DNA of 64,000 bases. It comes from Sedimentisphaerales bacterium (GTDB lineage Bacteria; Planctomycetota; Phycisphaerae; Sedimentisphaerales; SM23-30). The position numbers were made by a program, and so were the translations under genes. The stretch lies in assembly GCA_963666285.1 (NCBI GenBank), contig OY762711.1, one strand, 5' to 3'. Shown one piece after another: positions 1-9,719 of the stretch (position 1 is its first letter; each line of letters starts with the position of its first letter). The notes under the pieces are model-generated. The model saw nothing but the letters and a program-made list of their open reading frames with translations, did no database searches and was not told the DNA's origin.

Positions 1-500
1 CCATAATTTACTACTGCCAAAACTCCAGCACGATATGAATTGCCTATAGCAATATTTTCAATAGTCAGATCACTTACAGAACCCGTTTCTGATATTTTAC
101 CAAATAGCCCTACATAAGTATTACCAACTGAAGCATTAATATTAATGTTGCTAATACAATAACCATTGCCGTCGAAATGTCCGGCAAACGGTGTGCCCTT
201 GTAGTCAATGTTCGACACAGTATTTAAATCCGGAGCAATTATTGCTTTTGAATATACAATATTCGGATCGATTGAGATATCTGTCATTAACTCGATATGA
301 GTATTTTCCAGACAATATGCATTAGGGTCACTAGCGAATTCCTGCAGATCGGCAAAGTCTTCGATGAGGAATGGGTAGCTGGCGGAGCCGTCAGTGAGTG
401 GCTGGGTTGCCAGGCCCAAATCGCCGTTGACAGCGAAGAGGTTACATGTTAAGACAGATAAAATAGATAACATCATTAAAGTAAATATTGAACTTCTCAT
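1..500 (-). CDS. Secreted GLUG-motif-type surface protein, N-terminal part (runs off the window start)
   Basis: Manual translation from ATG at 500: MRSSIFTLMMLSILSVLTCNLFA (signal-like), then DGSASYPFLIEDFADL...FAGHFDGNGYCISNINI...YVGLFG. Not in the ORF track because it is truncated. Confidence 0.75.
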   Translation of the reverse strand, partial: MRSSIFTLMMLSILSVLTCNLFAVNGDLGLATQPLTDGSASYPFLIEDFADLQEFASDPNAYCLENTHIELMTDISIDPNIVYSKAIIAPDLNTVSNIDYKGTPFAGHFDGNGYCISNININASVGNTYVGLFGKISETGSVSDLTIENIAIGNSYRAGVLAVVNY

Positions 501-1186
501 ATTAATAACTCCCTTATTATTTTATTTTTTGGCAGTTTTGCTGTTTATTTCGGTAAAAGCCGACCTGTTTTTTATGGCGCAAGTTTTATGGAGTGATTTC
601 AGGCGGGTGTTTCCAGAATCCTTTTATGTGCGATATAACAGTTATCAATTTTGGCATTGACACTCTATCAGGCAAACAGCATCAATACTCAATTTGTATA
701 ATAAATTGTACTTCGGCAATGATAAATTGACCACAGATAATTGAATAAAAAATATTATTTTTCTTATCGGTCTAAAACTATACAAAGATAACTTTGTTAT
801 TTGTCCGGGTAGTTCAGCTTGCAGCTGAGAAGAGAACTTATCAGGCAGTGTTGAAAAAATACAACATTCGTTGCTACCGGCATATCCGGCAATAGCGGAA
901 TTACGAAATATAATGACTTATAACCTGTTTTATAATTTTAAGTTACGCTGATAAATATAATAGACCTGTAATCCATAATTAAAAGGAACCGGATTTGCAC
1001 GTATAAGGTATGCGGCATAATTTTGCCTCATGAAATATAAATGTAATAAGAGAGAATAGCCAAGTAGTATGCCTGGCTAAACAGGGTATTTGAGTATTAA
1101 TCATATTAATGGTGCAAACTAAAGCATTTGCAGCAAACTCAAACCCAAACAGGTAACAAATAGATATACCAACAGGAGTATGGGGA

Positions 1187-1549
1187 ATGGAAAACAGACA
1201 GAAATTACTGTGTGTATTTTTAAGGATTTTGTTGATTTCTATAATCACTGGTCCGATAACTATATCGCTGACGGGGTGTTCAGCAAAAAAAAATCAGCTA
1301 AATACATTATCTAAAAGAGATTATCTGCCTAATTTTTACAGTTCAAATTTTGTATTCAGCGATTCGGGACCGGGAATATCAAACCAGTTTGCAAGAGAGC
1401 AGTGGCCATCGAGCCCTGAAGCGACAAGAGACGTAAAGTCAACTCATACAAGGACTTACACCTACAGCAACAATTCCGGTCACACGGATTCTCGCGGTCG
1501 ATTACATCAGAATTTTAGCTATCGTACTGTCACTAATAGTGTTAAGTAA
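1187..1549 (+). CDS. Hypothetical lipoprotein
   Basis: Hydrophobic N-terminus with lipobox-like LTGC; AGGAG upstream. Confidence 0.6.
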   Translation: MENRQKLLCVFLRILLISIITGPITISLTGCSAKKNQLNTLSKRDYLPNFYSSNFVFSDSGPGISNQFAREQWPSSPEATRDVKSTHTRTYTYSNNSGHTDSRGRLHQNFSYRTVTNSVK

Positions 1550-1603
1550 AAAAAAATAGCAATTTTTTTTTGTTTTTCTATTAACTTTCGCTATAATAAA
1601 TAG

Positions 1604-1632
1604 TTAAGTTCAAAGAAGGTTAATGTCGATAT
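1604..1632 (+). promoter_or_regulatory. Putative sigma28-like promoter upstream of HU/IHF gene
   Basis: TTAAG-N16-GTCGATAT; same spacing recurs at five other sites. Confidence 0.55.
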
Positions 1633-1878
1633 TGTTGCAGCATCCGTATGATGCAGAGAAAGAATTTTCAAGAGAAACAATGCAACTTTGCGACAGACTT
1701 TTTTTGAGAAAATATGCTTGCTGACAGGAAGTCTCTGTAATATACTGAATTACAGGAAATATCTAATCAAAAAGGATAAGTCGTCCAGGGATGGAATTGT
1801 GATTTCTCTTGGATATTCATTAAGAATTTCAGGATTAATTTTGGTTTATTTTAATTTGCTTATTGGAGAGCTTTCGAA

Positions 1879-2238
1879 ATGGCAACTATAACCAAGAAGG
1901 AACTTATCGATCAGATATCAGAAAAAACTGGTACAAAAAGGGTTGTGGTTAAGAAAATCATTCAGCAGTTCCTGGACGATGTAATCGACGAACTATCAAA
2001 AGACAACCGTTTAGAGTTTCGCGACTTTGGTGTCTTTGAAACAAAACATCGTGCAGCGCGGGTAGCACAGAATCCTAAGACCTTGGAAAGAGTTCAGGTT
2101 CCGCCTAAACGTACAGTAAAATTCAAGGTTGGCCGAATGATGAAAATGCGTCTGGCAGAACAAGATCAGCAGGAAGCAGCCAGCCTACAGGCACAGTCTG
2201 ATTCCATGCCTGCTGAGCAGACTCCTCCCCAGATGTAA
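1879..2238 (+). CDS. HU/IHF family DNA-binding protein
   Basis: TKKELI...LEFRDFGVFE...RAARVAQNPKT...VPPKRTVKFKVG; Q/P-rich tail. Confidence 0.95.
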   Translation: MATITKKELIDQISEKTGTKRVVVKKIIQQFLDDVIDELSKDNRLEFRDFGVFETKHRAARVAQNPKTLERVQVPPKRTVKFKVGRMMKMRLAEQDQQEAASLQAQSDSMPAEQTPPQM

Positions 2239-2263
2239 TCAAAGAGAAATATATATCACTTTT

Positions 2264-2298
2264 TCAGCCCAGTCGGCATAATGTGACGACTGAGCTGA
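2264..2298 (+). terminator. Hairpin after HU gene
   Basis: TCAGCCCAGTCG...CGACTGAGCTGA inverted repeat. Confidence 0.45.
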
Positions 2299-2521
2299 CT
2301 AAATGGTATTATTCCATTTTTATTGTTTGTTCGCTGTTGCGCTTAAAAACAAATCAATAAGCATTATGCAATAGCTCTAATAAGCAGAGACGTACACATC
2401 ACATCATTTCGATATAATACTCAAACATCCAAAGTATTATATTAGAGCAACTTATGTTTCCTTACTCCATGAGTATGGTCTCATTGTCTATTTTAAATCA
2501 GGCATATCGACATAATCACGC

Positions 2522-3106
2522 ACGCCTCCTGCATAGCAGGAGGTCTGAGGAAGGCCCCTAAAAGGGGCCGTTGGGTTCACTTACTTCAAATTATCTTCAT
2601 TACGGTCTTTTATTAGTTGATTCTTGACATAATTCCTTATTACTTCAATGTCAAGTCCAACTGTACTTACATTATAACCTCGAGACCAAAAGCTCCTTCC
2701 AAACAAGTTACCTTGATGGCGATCAAGTAGCCTGTTTATGCGGATAGCACTTTTGCCCTTCAAAAAACCTATCGCCATTGCAATACTATACTTAGGCGGA
2801 ACACTTAAAACCATATGAACATGATCCTTAGCTAAGTTTCCCTCTATTAGTACAATATCCTTTTGACGACATAATTCTCGCAATATCTCTCTAATCTGAG
2901 TGCGATTCCTTTTAAACCTTTCTATCCTACGATATTTTGGTACCATTACTATATGATACTTACAGTCCCATTTGACATGGGATTGACTTCGCCAGTCTTT
3001 CATTTTGGTTCTCCTTTCGCCCCTTCCAGGGCCTTCCGGAGAACCATTTTATACGCTTACTACGGCAAAGCCTTATAAATTCTCACCGGCAAAGCCGGTG
3101 GTTTAC
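2522..3106 (-). mobile_element. IS200/IS605-family insertion sequence, tnpA only
   Basis: Y1 transposase flanked by subterminal hairpins CACCGGC-AAA-GCCGGTG (3084-3100) and CCTCCTGC-ATA-GCAGGAGG (~2525-2543); no tnpB. Confidence 0.85.
2581..3003 (-). CDS. tnpA: IS200/IS605 family Y1 (HUH) transposase
   Basis: CKYHIVMVPKYRR, HUH motif DHVH, LKGKS, FWSRGY, catalytic Y in IRNYVKNQ. Confidence 0.95.
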   Translation of the reverse strand: MKDWRSQSHVKWDCKYHIVMVPKYRRIERFKRNRTQIREILRELCRQKDIVLIEGNLAKDHVHMVLSVPPKYSIAMAIGFLKGKSAIRINRLLDRHQGNLFGRSFWSRGYNVSTVGLDIEVIRNYVKNQLIKDRNEDNLK

Positions 3107-3403
3107 GCGGTTACAATTAGTTGTCATTGATAGTTTTGAGTAAATAGTTATTGTTTGCATTATCTGTACAACCATTAAAACCCAATCCAAAAATATCATT
3201 TTGTTTATCATTCCACGATATTATTCTGGTATTTTTACGGATAATTTTATACAATTAGCGCCTGGTATGGAAAGTGTTGTATGCCTTGCAACAGGGTGTA
3301 CAATAAGAATAATACAGCTTGTTATCCTGTTATAATTTATGATAACAAAATATAAGAGTTGTATATAATAACAACACAGACAGGACAATCAGGAGCATCC
3401 CCC

Positions 3404-3661
3404 ATGGCGCAGGGCGTCGTAAAGTGGTTCAACAATAAAAAAGGATTTGGTTTTATCCAGGGTCCCGAAGGTGGTCCAGACATTTTTGTTCATTTTAGCG
3501 AGATTTCCGGTGAAGGTTTTCGTAAACTTCACGAAGGAGACACAGTTTCATATGATGAAGCTCAAGGCGAAATGGGACCAAAAGCAGTAAATATAGTAAA
3601 AGTTGACTCAGAACAAGAAGCTGAACAACAAGAACCCGCATCAAGTGTTGAAAAACAGTAA
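3404..3661 (+). CDS. Cold-shock domain protein
   Basis: GVVKWFNNKKGFGFI and DIFVHFS (RNP1/RNP2); start moved to ATG 3404 after AGGAG. Confidence 0.95.
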   Translation: MAQGVVKWFNNKKGFGFIQGPEGGPDIFVHFSEISGEGFRKLHEGDTVSYDEAQGEMGPKAVNIVKVDSEQEAEQQEPASSVEKQ

Positions 3662-3749
3662 ATTCCCTCCTTTTAACTATAAATCTATAAAGCAATTTGT
3701 GTAATAGATTCATATCATTATCATTGACGGTAATCTGTATATACATACA

Positions 3750-4901
3750 ATGAGTCAAATGGCTCAAGATAATATAAAGATATTTATAAGTGCAGCAGAG
3801 GTAAGCGGCGATCATCATGCCGCGAGGCTAATGCGTCAATTCACAAAGGATGGGAAGCAAATAGAATGGCACGGCCTGGGCGGCGAAGCAATGGAAGCCG
3901 CAGGGTGTACCCTTTTAGATAACCCGGTAAGCCGAAGTGCAATGCTGGCTCATGCCTTTGGCCAAATCGGCTATTACTGGAATTTGCTGGCAAAGGTCAA
4001 AAAACACTTGGCTGAAACCCGTCCTCAATTAGTAATAACGGTCGATTCTCCGGCATGGAATATTCATATAATCAAAGCCGCCAAAAAGCTTGGCATCCCG
4101 ACAATGCAGTATGTAGCTCCGCAGTTATGGGCATGGGCACCATGGCGAGCGTCAAAATGGCGAAACAATGCAGATAAAATAGCATGTGTTTTACCATTTG
4201 AACCAGACTGGTTTGCTGCCAAAAACATATCAGCAGAATTTGTAGGCCATCCATTATTTGACGACCGGCCAGAATTTGTGCCTGCAGCATCACAGGAAAA
4301 CGATAACGAAGAAGAAAGCAAGCAGCTAACAGTTGCACTTCTGCCAGGTTCACGAAAAGCTGAAATTGAGGAACTATGGCGACCGATGCTGGAAATAGCA
4401 AAAAATCTGTCCAAAAAATTCGATTCAATCACTTTTCTTACAGCAGCTGCAAATGATAAAATCGCCTCACAATTAACTCAGGACATACCAGATGAGATTT
4501 CTCTTGAGCTGTGTAAAGAAGGGCTCATAGAAGCAACAGCCCGTGCAGACCTGGCAATAATAGCTTCCGGGACAGCCACACTCGAAACTGCGGTGGCAGG
4601 TTGCCCGATGATAGTGCTGTACCATGTACCAGGTTGGCAGTGGCACCTGGTAGGAAAGCATATCCTGACAGTAAATCATATTTCACTGGTAAATATACTG
4701 GCAAACAAACAGCTGGTACCCGAATTTGTGCCATTTGCCAGTCGAACAAAGGAAGTTACCGAAACGGCAACAGCGTTATTGAATAACCCTGCCAAGTTAG
4801 AAGTAATACGAAAAGAACTTAAAAAGCTTACCAGGCCACTGGCGGAAAATACAGCTTCAGAAAATACCGCCAGGTTAGCTTATGATTTGATTGGTATATA
4901 G
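3750..4901 (+). CDS. lpxB: Lipid-A-disaccharide synthase
   Basis: SAAEVSGDHH, YVAPQLWAW, LPFE, FVGHP, LLPGSR, ASGTATLE; true start may be ATG 3759. Confidence 0.93.
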   Translation: MSQMAQDNIKIFISAAEVSGDHHAARLMRQFTKDGKQIEWHGLGGEAMEAAGCTLLDNPVSRSAMLAHAFGQIGYYWNLLAKVKKHLAETRPQLVITVDSPAWNIHIIKAAKKLGIPTMQYVAPQLWAWAPWRASKWRNNADKIACVLPFEPDWFAAKNISAEFVGHPLFDDRPEFVPAASQENDNEEESKQLTVALLPGSRKAEIEELWRPMLEIAKNLSKKFDSITFLTAAANDKIASQLTQDIPDEISLELCKEGLIEATARADLAIIASGTATLETAVAGCPMIVLYHVPGWQWHLVGKHILTVNHISLVNILANKQLVPEFVPFASRTKEVTETATALLNNPAKLEVIRKELKKLTRPLAENTASENTARLAYDLIGI

Positions 4902-4913
4902 GTAACGGTAACT

Positions 4914-5074
4914 AAAGGATAGGACCCTATTGAGCCGGTAAGCTGTCTTGTTGAGTACATATGATGGACAGGCCGCAACCAAAGAAAGGTATGATGTATT
5001 TGGTGGCAGATATCTGGGAAGGAAATGTTTTCGGCGAAACCATTTATTGCTAGATGCCACATGAGTCATCCTTT
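4914..5074. ncRNA. Candidate structured RNA, family unassigned
   Basis: Ends pair (AAAGGAT / ATCCTTT) and enclose several internal stems; followed by a T-run; GC-richer than flanking intergenic DNA. Confidence 0.3.
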
Positions 5075-5222
5075 TTTTGAAATGTTATAATTAAACATAT
5101 AGTAATACCTTACAAATGCCTTTGTCTAAATCGACACAGAAAAATAAGAATTGATGGTTAGGAATTAAGATTAAGATTACTAACCTCGACCAGCAAACGA
5201 ATATAATCCCGGAGTATATACC

Positions 5223-5834
5223 TTGGAAAGACTACAACTGTTTATAAGCATATTTATCCAGATGTTTGCCCTGTTAAGTCCATTCGGGGTAACATTTTTC
5301 TTTGTAAGCAATACCAAAGACTTTACCCCTGAAGCCAGATTTCAGGCGGCCAAGCGGGCAACAATTGCAATATTCGTTTCAACGTTCCTGATTTTCATGT
5401 TTGGCAATATCCTGCTGGATGTATTTGGCATCACATTGGCGGCATTTCGGATAGGAGCCGGTATTATACTTTTACTGAATTCGATCTCAATAGTAAGAGG
5501 AACGAAATTTTACGAGACATCAGCAACCAATGCAGCAGATTTTGCAGTTGTTCCATTTGCAATCCCATTTACGGTCGGTCCGGGCATTATAGGTTATCTC
5601 ATGGTATTAAGTGCCGAAACGACAAATAATTTCGACCGGGTATTGGTGTTGTTTTCTTTAACAATAGTAATTACAATAATTTCTATCATGATCTTTAATA
5701 GTGAAAAATACAGCAGAATAATCGGTCCCCGAATAATGTCTGTAATAGATAAATTGTTTGGTCTGATACTAAGTGCGATGGCCGCCCAAATTATATTTGA
5801 CGGTATAAGACATTATCTAGGTAAACCCTTATAA
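5223..5834 (+). CDS. MarC family membrane protein
   Basis: About six TM segments; FGITLAAFRIGAGIILL and VVPFAIPFTVGPG motifs. Confidence 0.9.
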   Translation: MERLQLFISIFIQMFALLSPFGVTFFFVSNTKDFTPEARFQAAKRATIAIFVSTFLIFMFGNILLDVFGITLAAFRIGAGIILLLNSISIVRGTKFYETSATNAADFAVVPFAIPFTVGPGIIGYLMVLSAETTNNFDRVLVLFSLTIVITIISIMIFNSEKYSRIIGPRIMSVIDKLFGLILSAMAAQIIFDGIRHYLGKPL

Positions 5835-5887
5835 TTACAATAGCAACATAAACATAATCATATATTTACACGAAGAAGGAAGAAACT

Positions 5888-6937
5888 ATGACTAATGGAA
5901 ATGATAACCAACCGCCAAGAAACTACAATCCGTATGCAGCAGCTCCTGCCCCTGTTTATGTGCCGGGAGCAGCCAACGGCGACAAGCCCAAGCGGTCATT
6001 TCTGGGCGGCTTGTTCAGGTTTATATCCAAGCTGGTCTCTCTGGCAATAGCCGGTATGATATTTATAAGTATAATCGGCGTCATTGCGATTTTATCGGGC
6101 GGTATGCAGCCTGTTATTATCCAGGACGGCGATCCATTAAACCAGATCGCGGTTATAGAGCTAAACAATATAATCAATATGGATAATGCAAAAAAAATGA
6201 ACGTTCTGCTCAAAAATGCCGCACACGACACAAAAATAAAAGGGGTAATAATTTCGGTAAACTGTCCCGGCGGTATGGTAGCTCCATCAGATATGATCGC
6301 ACATGACATTGAACTGTTTAAACAGAAAACGGACAAACCTGTTTATGTGTCAGTACAGCAGCTATCAGCCAGCGGAGCATACTGGGCCACTGCCGGGTGC
6401 GACAAGATATTCGCCCAGCCAAATTCCATGGTCGGCAGTATAGGTGTGATCTATAATAACCTGGTAGTGAAAGATACTCTCGATAAAATTGGTGTCGCTC
6501 CTGTGGTAATAAAATCTTCCAAGTCGCCAATGAAAGATACCGGCAGCATGTACCGTATGCCAACAGAAGAAGAAATAGCGGATATCCAGAGAGATATTGA
6601 CAAAACTCATGACAGGTTTATCGAAAAAGTAGCCGAGGGCAGAGCAATGTCAAAAGAAGCTGTTATCGAGTGCGCCACAGGTAATGTCTATGACGGAGTC
6701 GAAGCACTGGAAAAAGGTTTAATCGACGAGATTGGTTTTTTGGAAGACGATGTAATCATTGCATTAAGAAATGAACTAAATCTTTTCGATCCACAAGTTA
6801 TCAAACTTCAGCCAATGCCGTCATTCAAAGAGATGCTGACAGGGGCACAAGCCAAGGTTAAAAGCCTCGACATACATCAGCAGTTTATCGACCTGGCAAC
6901 CCAGCCGAAGATACAGGCGATCTGGATGGGCAATTAG
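5888..6937 (+). CDS. sppA: Signal peptide peptidase SppA (S49)
   Basis: VNCPGG, SASGAYW, SMVGSIGV; N-terminal TM. Confidence 0.88.
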   Translation: MTNGNDNQPPRNYNPYAAAPAPVYVPGAANGDKPKRSFLGGLFRFISKLVSLAIAGMIFISIIGVIAILSGGMQPVIIQDGDPLNQIAVIELNNIINMDNAKKMNVLLKNAAHDTKIKGVIISVNCPGGMVAPSDMIAHDIELFKQKTDKPVYVSVQQLSASGAYWATAGCDKIFAQPNSMVGSIGVIYNNLVVKDTLDKIGVAPVVIKSSKSPMKDTGSMYRMPTEEEIADIQRDIDKTHDRFIEKVAEGRAMSKEAVIECATGNVYDGVEALEKGLIDEIGFLEDDVIIALRNELNLFDPQVIKLQPMPSFKEMLTGAQAKVKSLDIHQQFIDLATQPKIQAIWMGN

Positions 6938-6943
6938 AGTGAA

Positions 6944-8725
6944 TTAATCATCAGTATCCTTGTCAGGCGGGATCATGAGATATGTGAGGGTTTGCTCAAG
7001 TATCTGTTTGACAACCGGGGCCGCGACAGCACCTCCGGTATAGCCTTCATTAAGCGAACGGTCCGGTTCGCGAACAGTAACGAGGATACATATTTTCGGA
7101 TCAGATGCCGGAGCACCGGCAATGAAAGAAGCATTCCATTTATTGTTTTCATAGCCAGGCCCATCAGTTCTGGGTACATTAGCTGTGCCGGTTTTGCCGA
7201 AAACCGTCCATTTATCGAGTATACATGGTTTGCCGGTGCCATCATCAACTACATGCTGCAAAGCCTTAATCATTTCTGAAGCGGTGCGTTCCGATATAAC
7301 CTGAGCGGCACGTTCGTTAGCCGGTACCGATACATTTTCAAAAACAGGCAGCGAGTAATTTTTATAATTCTCTACAATCCCATTTTCATCTGTAACCCCG
7401 GCAACAATAAACGGTCTTACAAGCCTGCCGCCATTAGCAAAAACAGAAAACGCCCTCAGAAGCTGGAGCGGTGTAATTGATATACCGCCCTGCCCGAAAC
7501 TGGTACGTGTGAAAGTATAGTTTTTATCAGTCCAGGCTTTAACAAAAATCCCCGCCTCTTCGCCCGGCAGGTCAACAAATGTTTTTTGGCCAAACCCGAA
7601 TTTTTCAATCATATCATGGAAATAGTCCTTACCCATCATCAAGGCAATCTTGGCAGTTCCGATATTACTGGATTTAGCCAGGATATCCGAAACAGATATT
7701 CTTCCATGATAGTACTTATATTCCCCGATGCGTCCCATTCCCCTGGCATAAAAAGGGCCGGTAAGACAGTCAATAATGGTATTTAGATTGACAACTTTTT
7801 TTTCCAGGGCACTGGCGACAGTGATCGGTTTGAAGATACTGCCAGGTTCAAAGACGAGATTCGTAACGAGGTTTTTTCTTTTTTCGGTGGGATATTCCCT
7901 GGCACGAGTAATATCGAAACTGGGATAATTGGCACAGGCAAGAATTTCACCGGTTTGCGGAACCATTATAATACAAATAGCATCACGAGCACGATATTTT
8001 TTAACAACTTCTTCCAGTGCCTTTTCCGCGTATTCCTGAATAACAGCATCAATTGTAAGAGCCACATTACATCCGTCACGAGATTCCTTACTCTCGGATA
8101 TGGCATGAGGGCCTACCGGCCGGCGAAGCACATCCATACGATATAAAGTCTTACCGGACTCGCCTTTAAGATAATCGTTATACTGTTTTTCTATACCTTC
8201 TAGCCCATCATTGTAAACATCGGTTATACCTATTACCGGAGCAGCAAGGGAGCCCATTGGATATTCTCTAAAATATTCATGCCGAACAACAACTCCCCTT
8301 ATCCCCAGGTTTCTAACAGTATCAGCCTTTTCCTGGGACACATCACGTTTGACATACATAAACCGCTGTTTGATCCGGTCATTATATTCAGTATTAAGCT
8401 CGTGAAAATTCAGTCCAAGTTCGGTGGAAAGCTTTCTGATAGTAGCTTCACCACCCTCCATTACCTTTGGGTCAATTGCAACAGAATATCCCTGTCGACC
8501 GGCAACTAAAATCCTCCCTTTGCAATCGAGGATCATCCCTCTTGCGGCATTATGTTCGATAATCTTTAACTGTTGTTTGTCGGCCTTACTCTTATAATAT
8601 CCAATTTGATTATACTGAAGATAAAAACATCGGCCCAAAACAGCGAGGAAGCCAATGAAAATCAAGGCAAAAAAGCCAAGCCCCGGAATACCAGTTTTTC
8701 TATCTGCTACATCCATAATCACCAC
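6944..8725 (-). CDS. Class B penicillin-binding protein (FtsI/PBP2-like transpeptidase)
   Basis: RGMILD, REYPMG, GLEGIE, SxxK (EPGSIFK), SSN, KTGT. Confidence 0.9.
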   Translation of the reverse strand: MVIMDVADRKTGIPGLGFFALIFIGFLAVLGRCFYLQYNQIGYYKSKADKQQLKIIEHNAARGMILDCKGRILVAGRQGYSVAIDPKVMEGGEATIRKLSTELGLNFHELNTEYNDRIKQRFMYVKRDVSQEKADTVRNLGIRGVVVRHEYFREYPMGSLAAPVIGITDVYNDGLEGIEKQYNDYLKGESGKTLYRMDVLRRPVGPHAISESKESRDGCNVALTIDAVIQEYAEKALEEVVKKYRARDAICIIMVPQTGEILACANYPSFDITRAREYPTEKRKNLVTNLVFEPGSIFKPITVASALEKKVVNLNTIIDCLTGPFYARGMGRIGEYKYYHGRISVSDILAKSSNIGTAKIALMMGKDYFHDMIEKFGFGQKTFVDLPGEEAGIFVKAWTDKNYTFTRTSFGQGGISITPLQLLRAFSVFANGGRLVRPFIVAGVTDENGIVENYKNYSLPVFENVSVPANERAAQVISERTASEMIKALQHVVDDGTGKPCILDKWTVFGKTGTANVPRTDGPGYENNKWNASFIAGAPASDPKICILVTVREPDRSLNEGYTGGAVAAPVVKQILEQTLTYLMIPPDKDTDD

Positions 8726-8729
8726 ACGT

Positions 8730-9659
8730 CTACAACTGACAAAGCATTGCTGCTTTCACGAACATATCTTTAAAACCAGCGGCTTTATAAATATTCCACG
8801 CATAAAAATTATTAGAATCAACAGCAAGAGTCATCAGTTTGTACCCATCAATCGCACTTAAAGACAAAGCCCTATTAAGCATTATCCTGCCGAGACTTTT
8901 ACCGCGACATCCGGGAACAACTCCCATATATGTCAATTCAATACTGCCTTGAGAAGGCAAAGGCGACAGCAAACACACCCCGGCAGGCTCATTATTAACA
9001 CATAACAATGACCAGCATCGGCTGGTAAAGATTCCGGAAGCTTTATAACTTTTGATAGTATCTTCTACAGTCCGCAGCCCGTCAACATCAGGGCAGTCCA
9101 GACTGTCTTGCCAGCTCTTCTCAATGATATCAGCAAACACATTATGATTGTCAGTATTGTAAGTTTGCCAGCTGACATAAGGCGGTATCCTGAAAATACC
9201 AATCCTGGAATTAACTTCACGATACATATAATGGATATCAGCGGCCCGCTTGAATCCGGCTCGATTAGCAAAAGCAATTTTATGAGTATCATCCGGTGAT
9301 ATCATAAGCTGCAAGAAATTCAAATTCTTTTCAGCAGCAGACTTTTTCAGGCGGTGCACAGCTTCCAAGGCCAAAGGTATGGTATCGAGATTCAAATCAG
9401 CAACACTGGAGATAAAAATAAAGGCAGACCCGCCTTCATGAGGCATAAGAAAACATGAAAAAATGATATGATCCTGATCGGCAACAATAATCTGGCAATT
9501 GGGATCATGTTTCTGGGCTCTGAGCATCTGCTCAAAACTTTCTGCCCGTTTATTTAAAGTTTGAATGTCATCTTGCGGCTCACGTAAAAGCACAGACAAA
9601 GACTTTCTAACTTCGTTACCATTTATTGTCCGGATTTCCGGCATTAAAACTCCATCCAT
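8730..9659 (-). CDS. GNAT family acetyltransferase (tandem GNAT-like)
   Basis: YMGVVPGCRGKSLG acetyl-CoA motif; LAVDSNN..A..IY...GF. Confidence 0.8.
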   Translation of the reverse strand: MDGVLMPEIRTINGNEVRKSLSVLLREPQDDIQTLNKRAESFEQMLRAQKHDPNCQIIVADQDHIIFSCFLMPHEGGSAFIFISSVADLNLDTIPLALEAVHRLKKSAAEKNLNFLQLMISPDDTHKIAFANRAGFKRAADIHYMYREVNSRIGIFRIPPYVSWQTYNTDNHNVFADIIEKSWQDSLDCPDVDGLRTVEDTIKSYKASGIFTSRCWSLLCVNNEPAGVCLLSPLPSQGSIELTYMGVVPGCRGKSLGRIMLNRALSLSAIDGYKLMTLAVDSNNFYAWNIYKAAGFKDMFVKAAMLCQL

Positions 9660-9719
9660 GGATCATATAATAATCAACTGATCAATAGAAATACCTAAGC
9701 TATATGCTGCCAGCCATCA

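Noticed and set aside
394..660. 88-aa plus-strand ORF
   Set aside because: It overlaps the minus-strand GLUG-type gene and its upstream region.
4914..5074. Cobalamin riboswitch (contains CTGGGAAGG)
   Set aside because: Other conserved elements such as the GGGAA..GGTG..TCC region and GCCACTG are absent.
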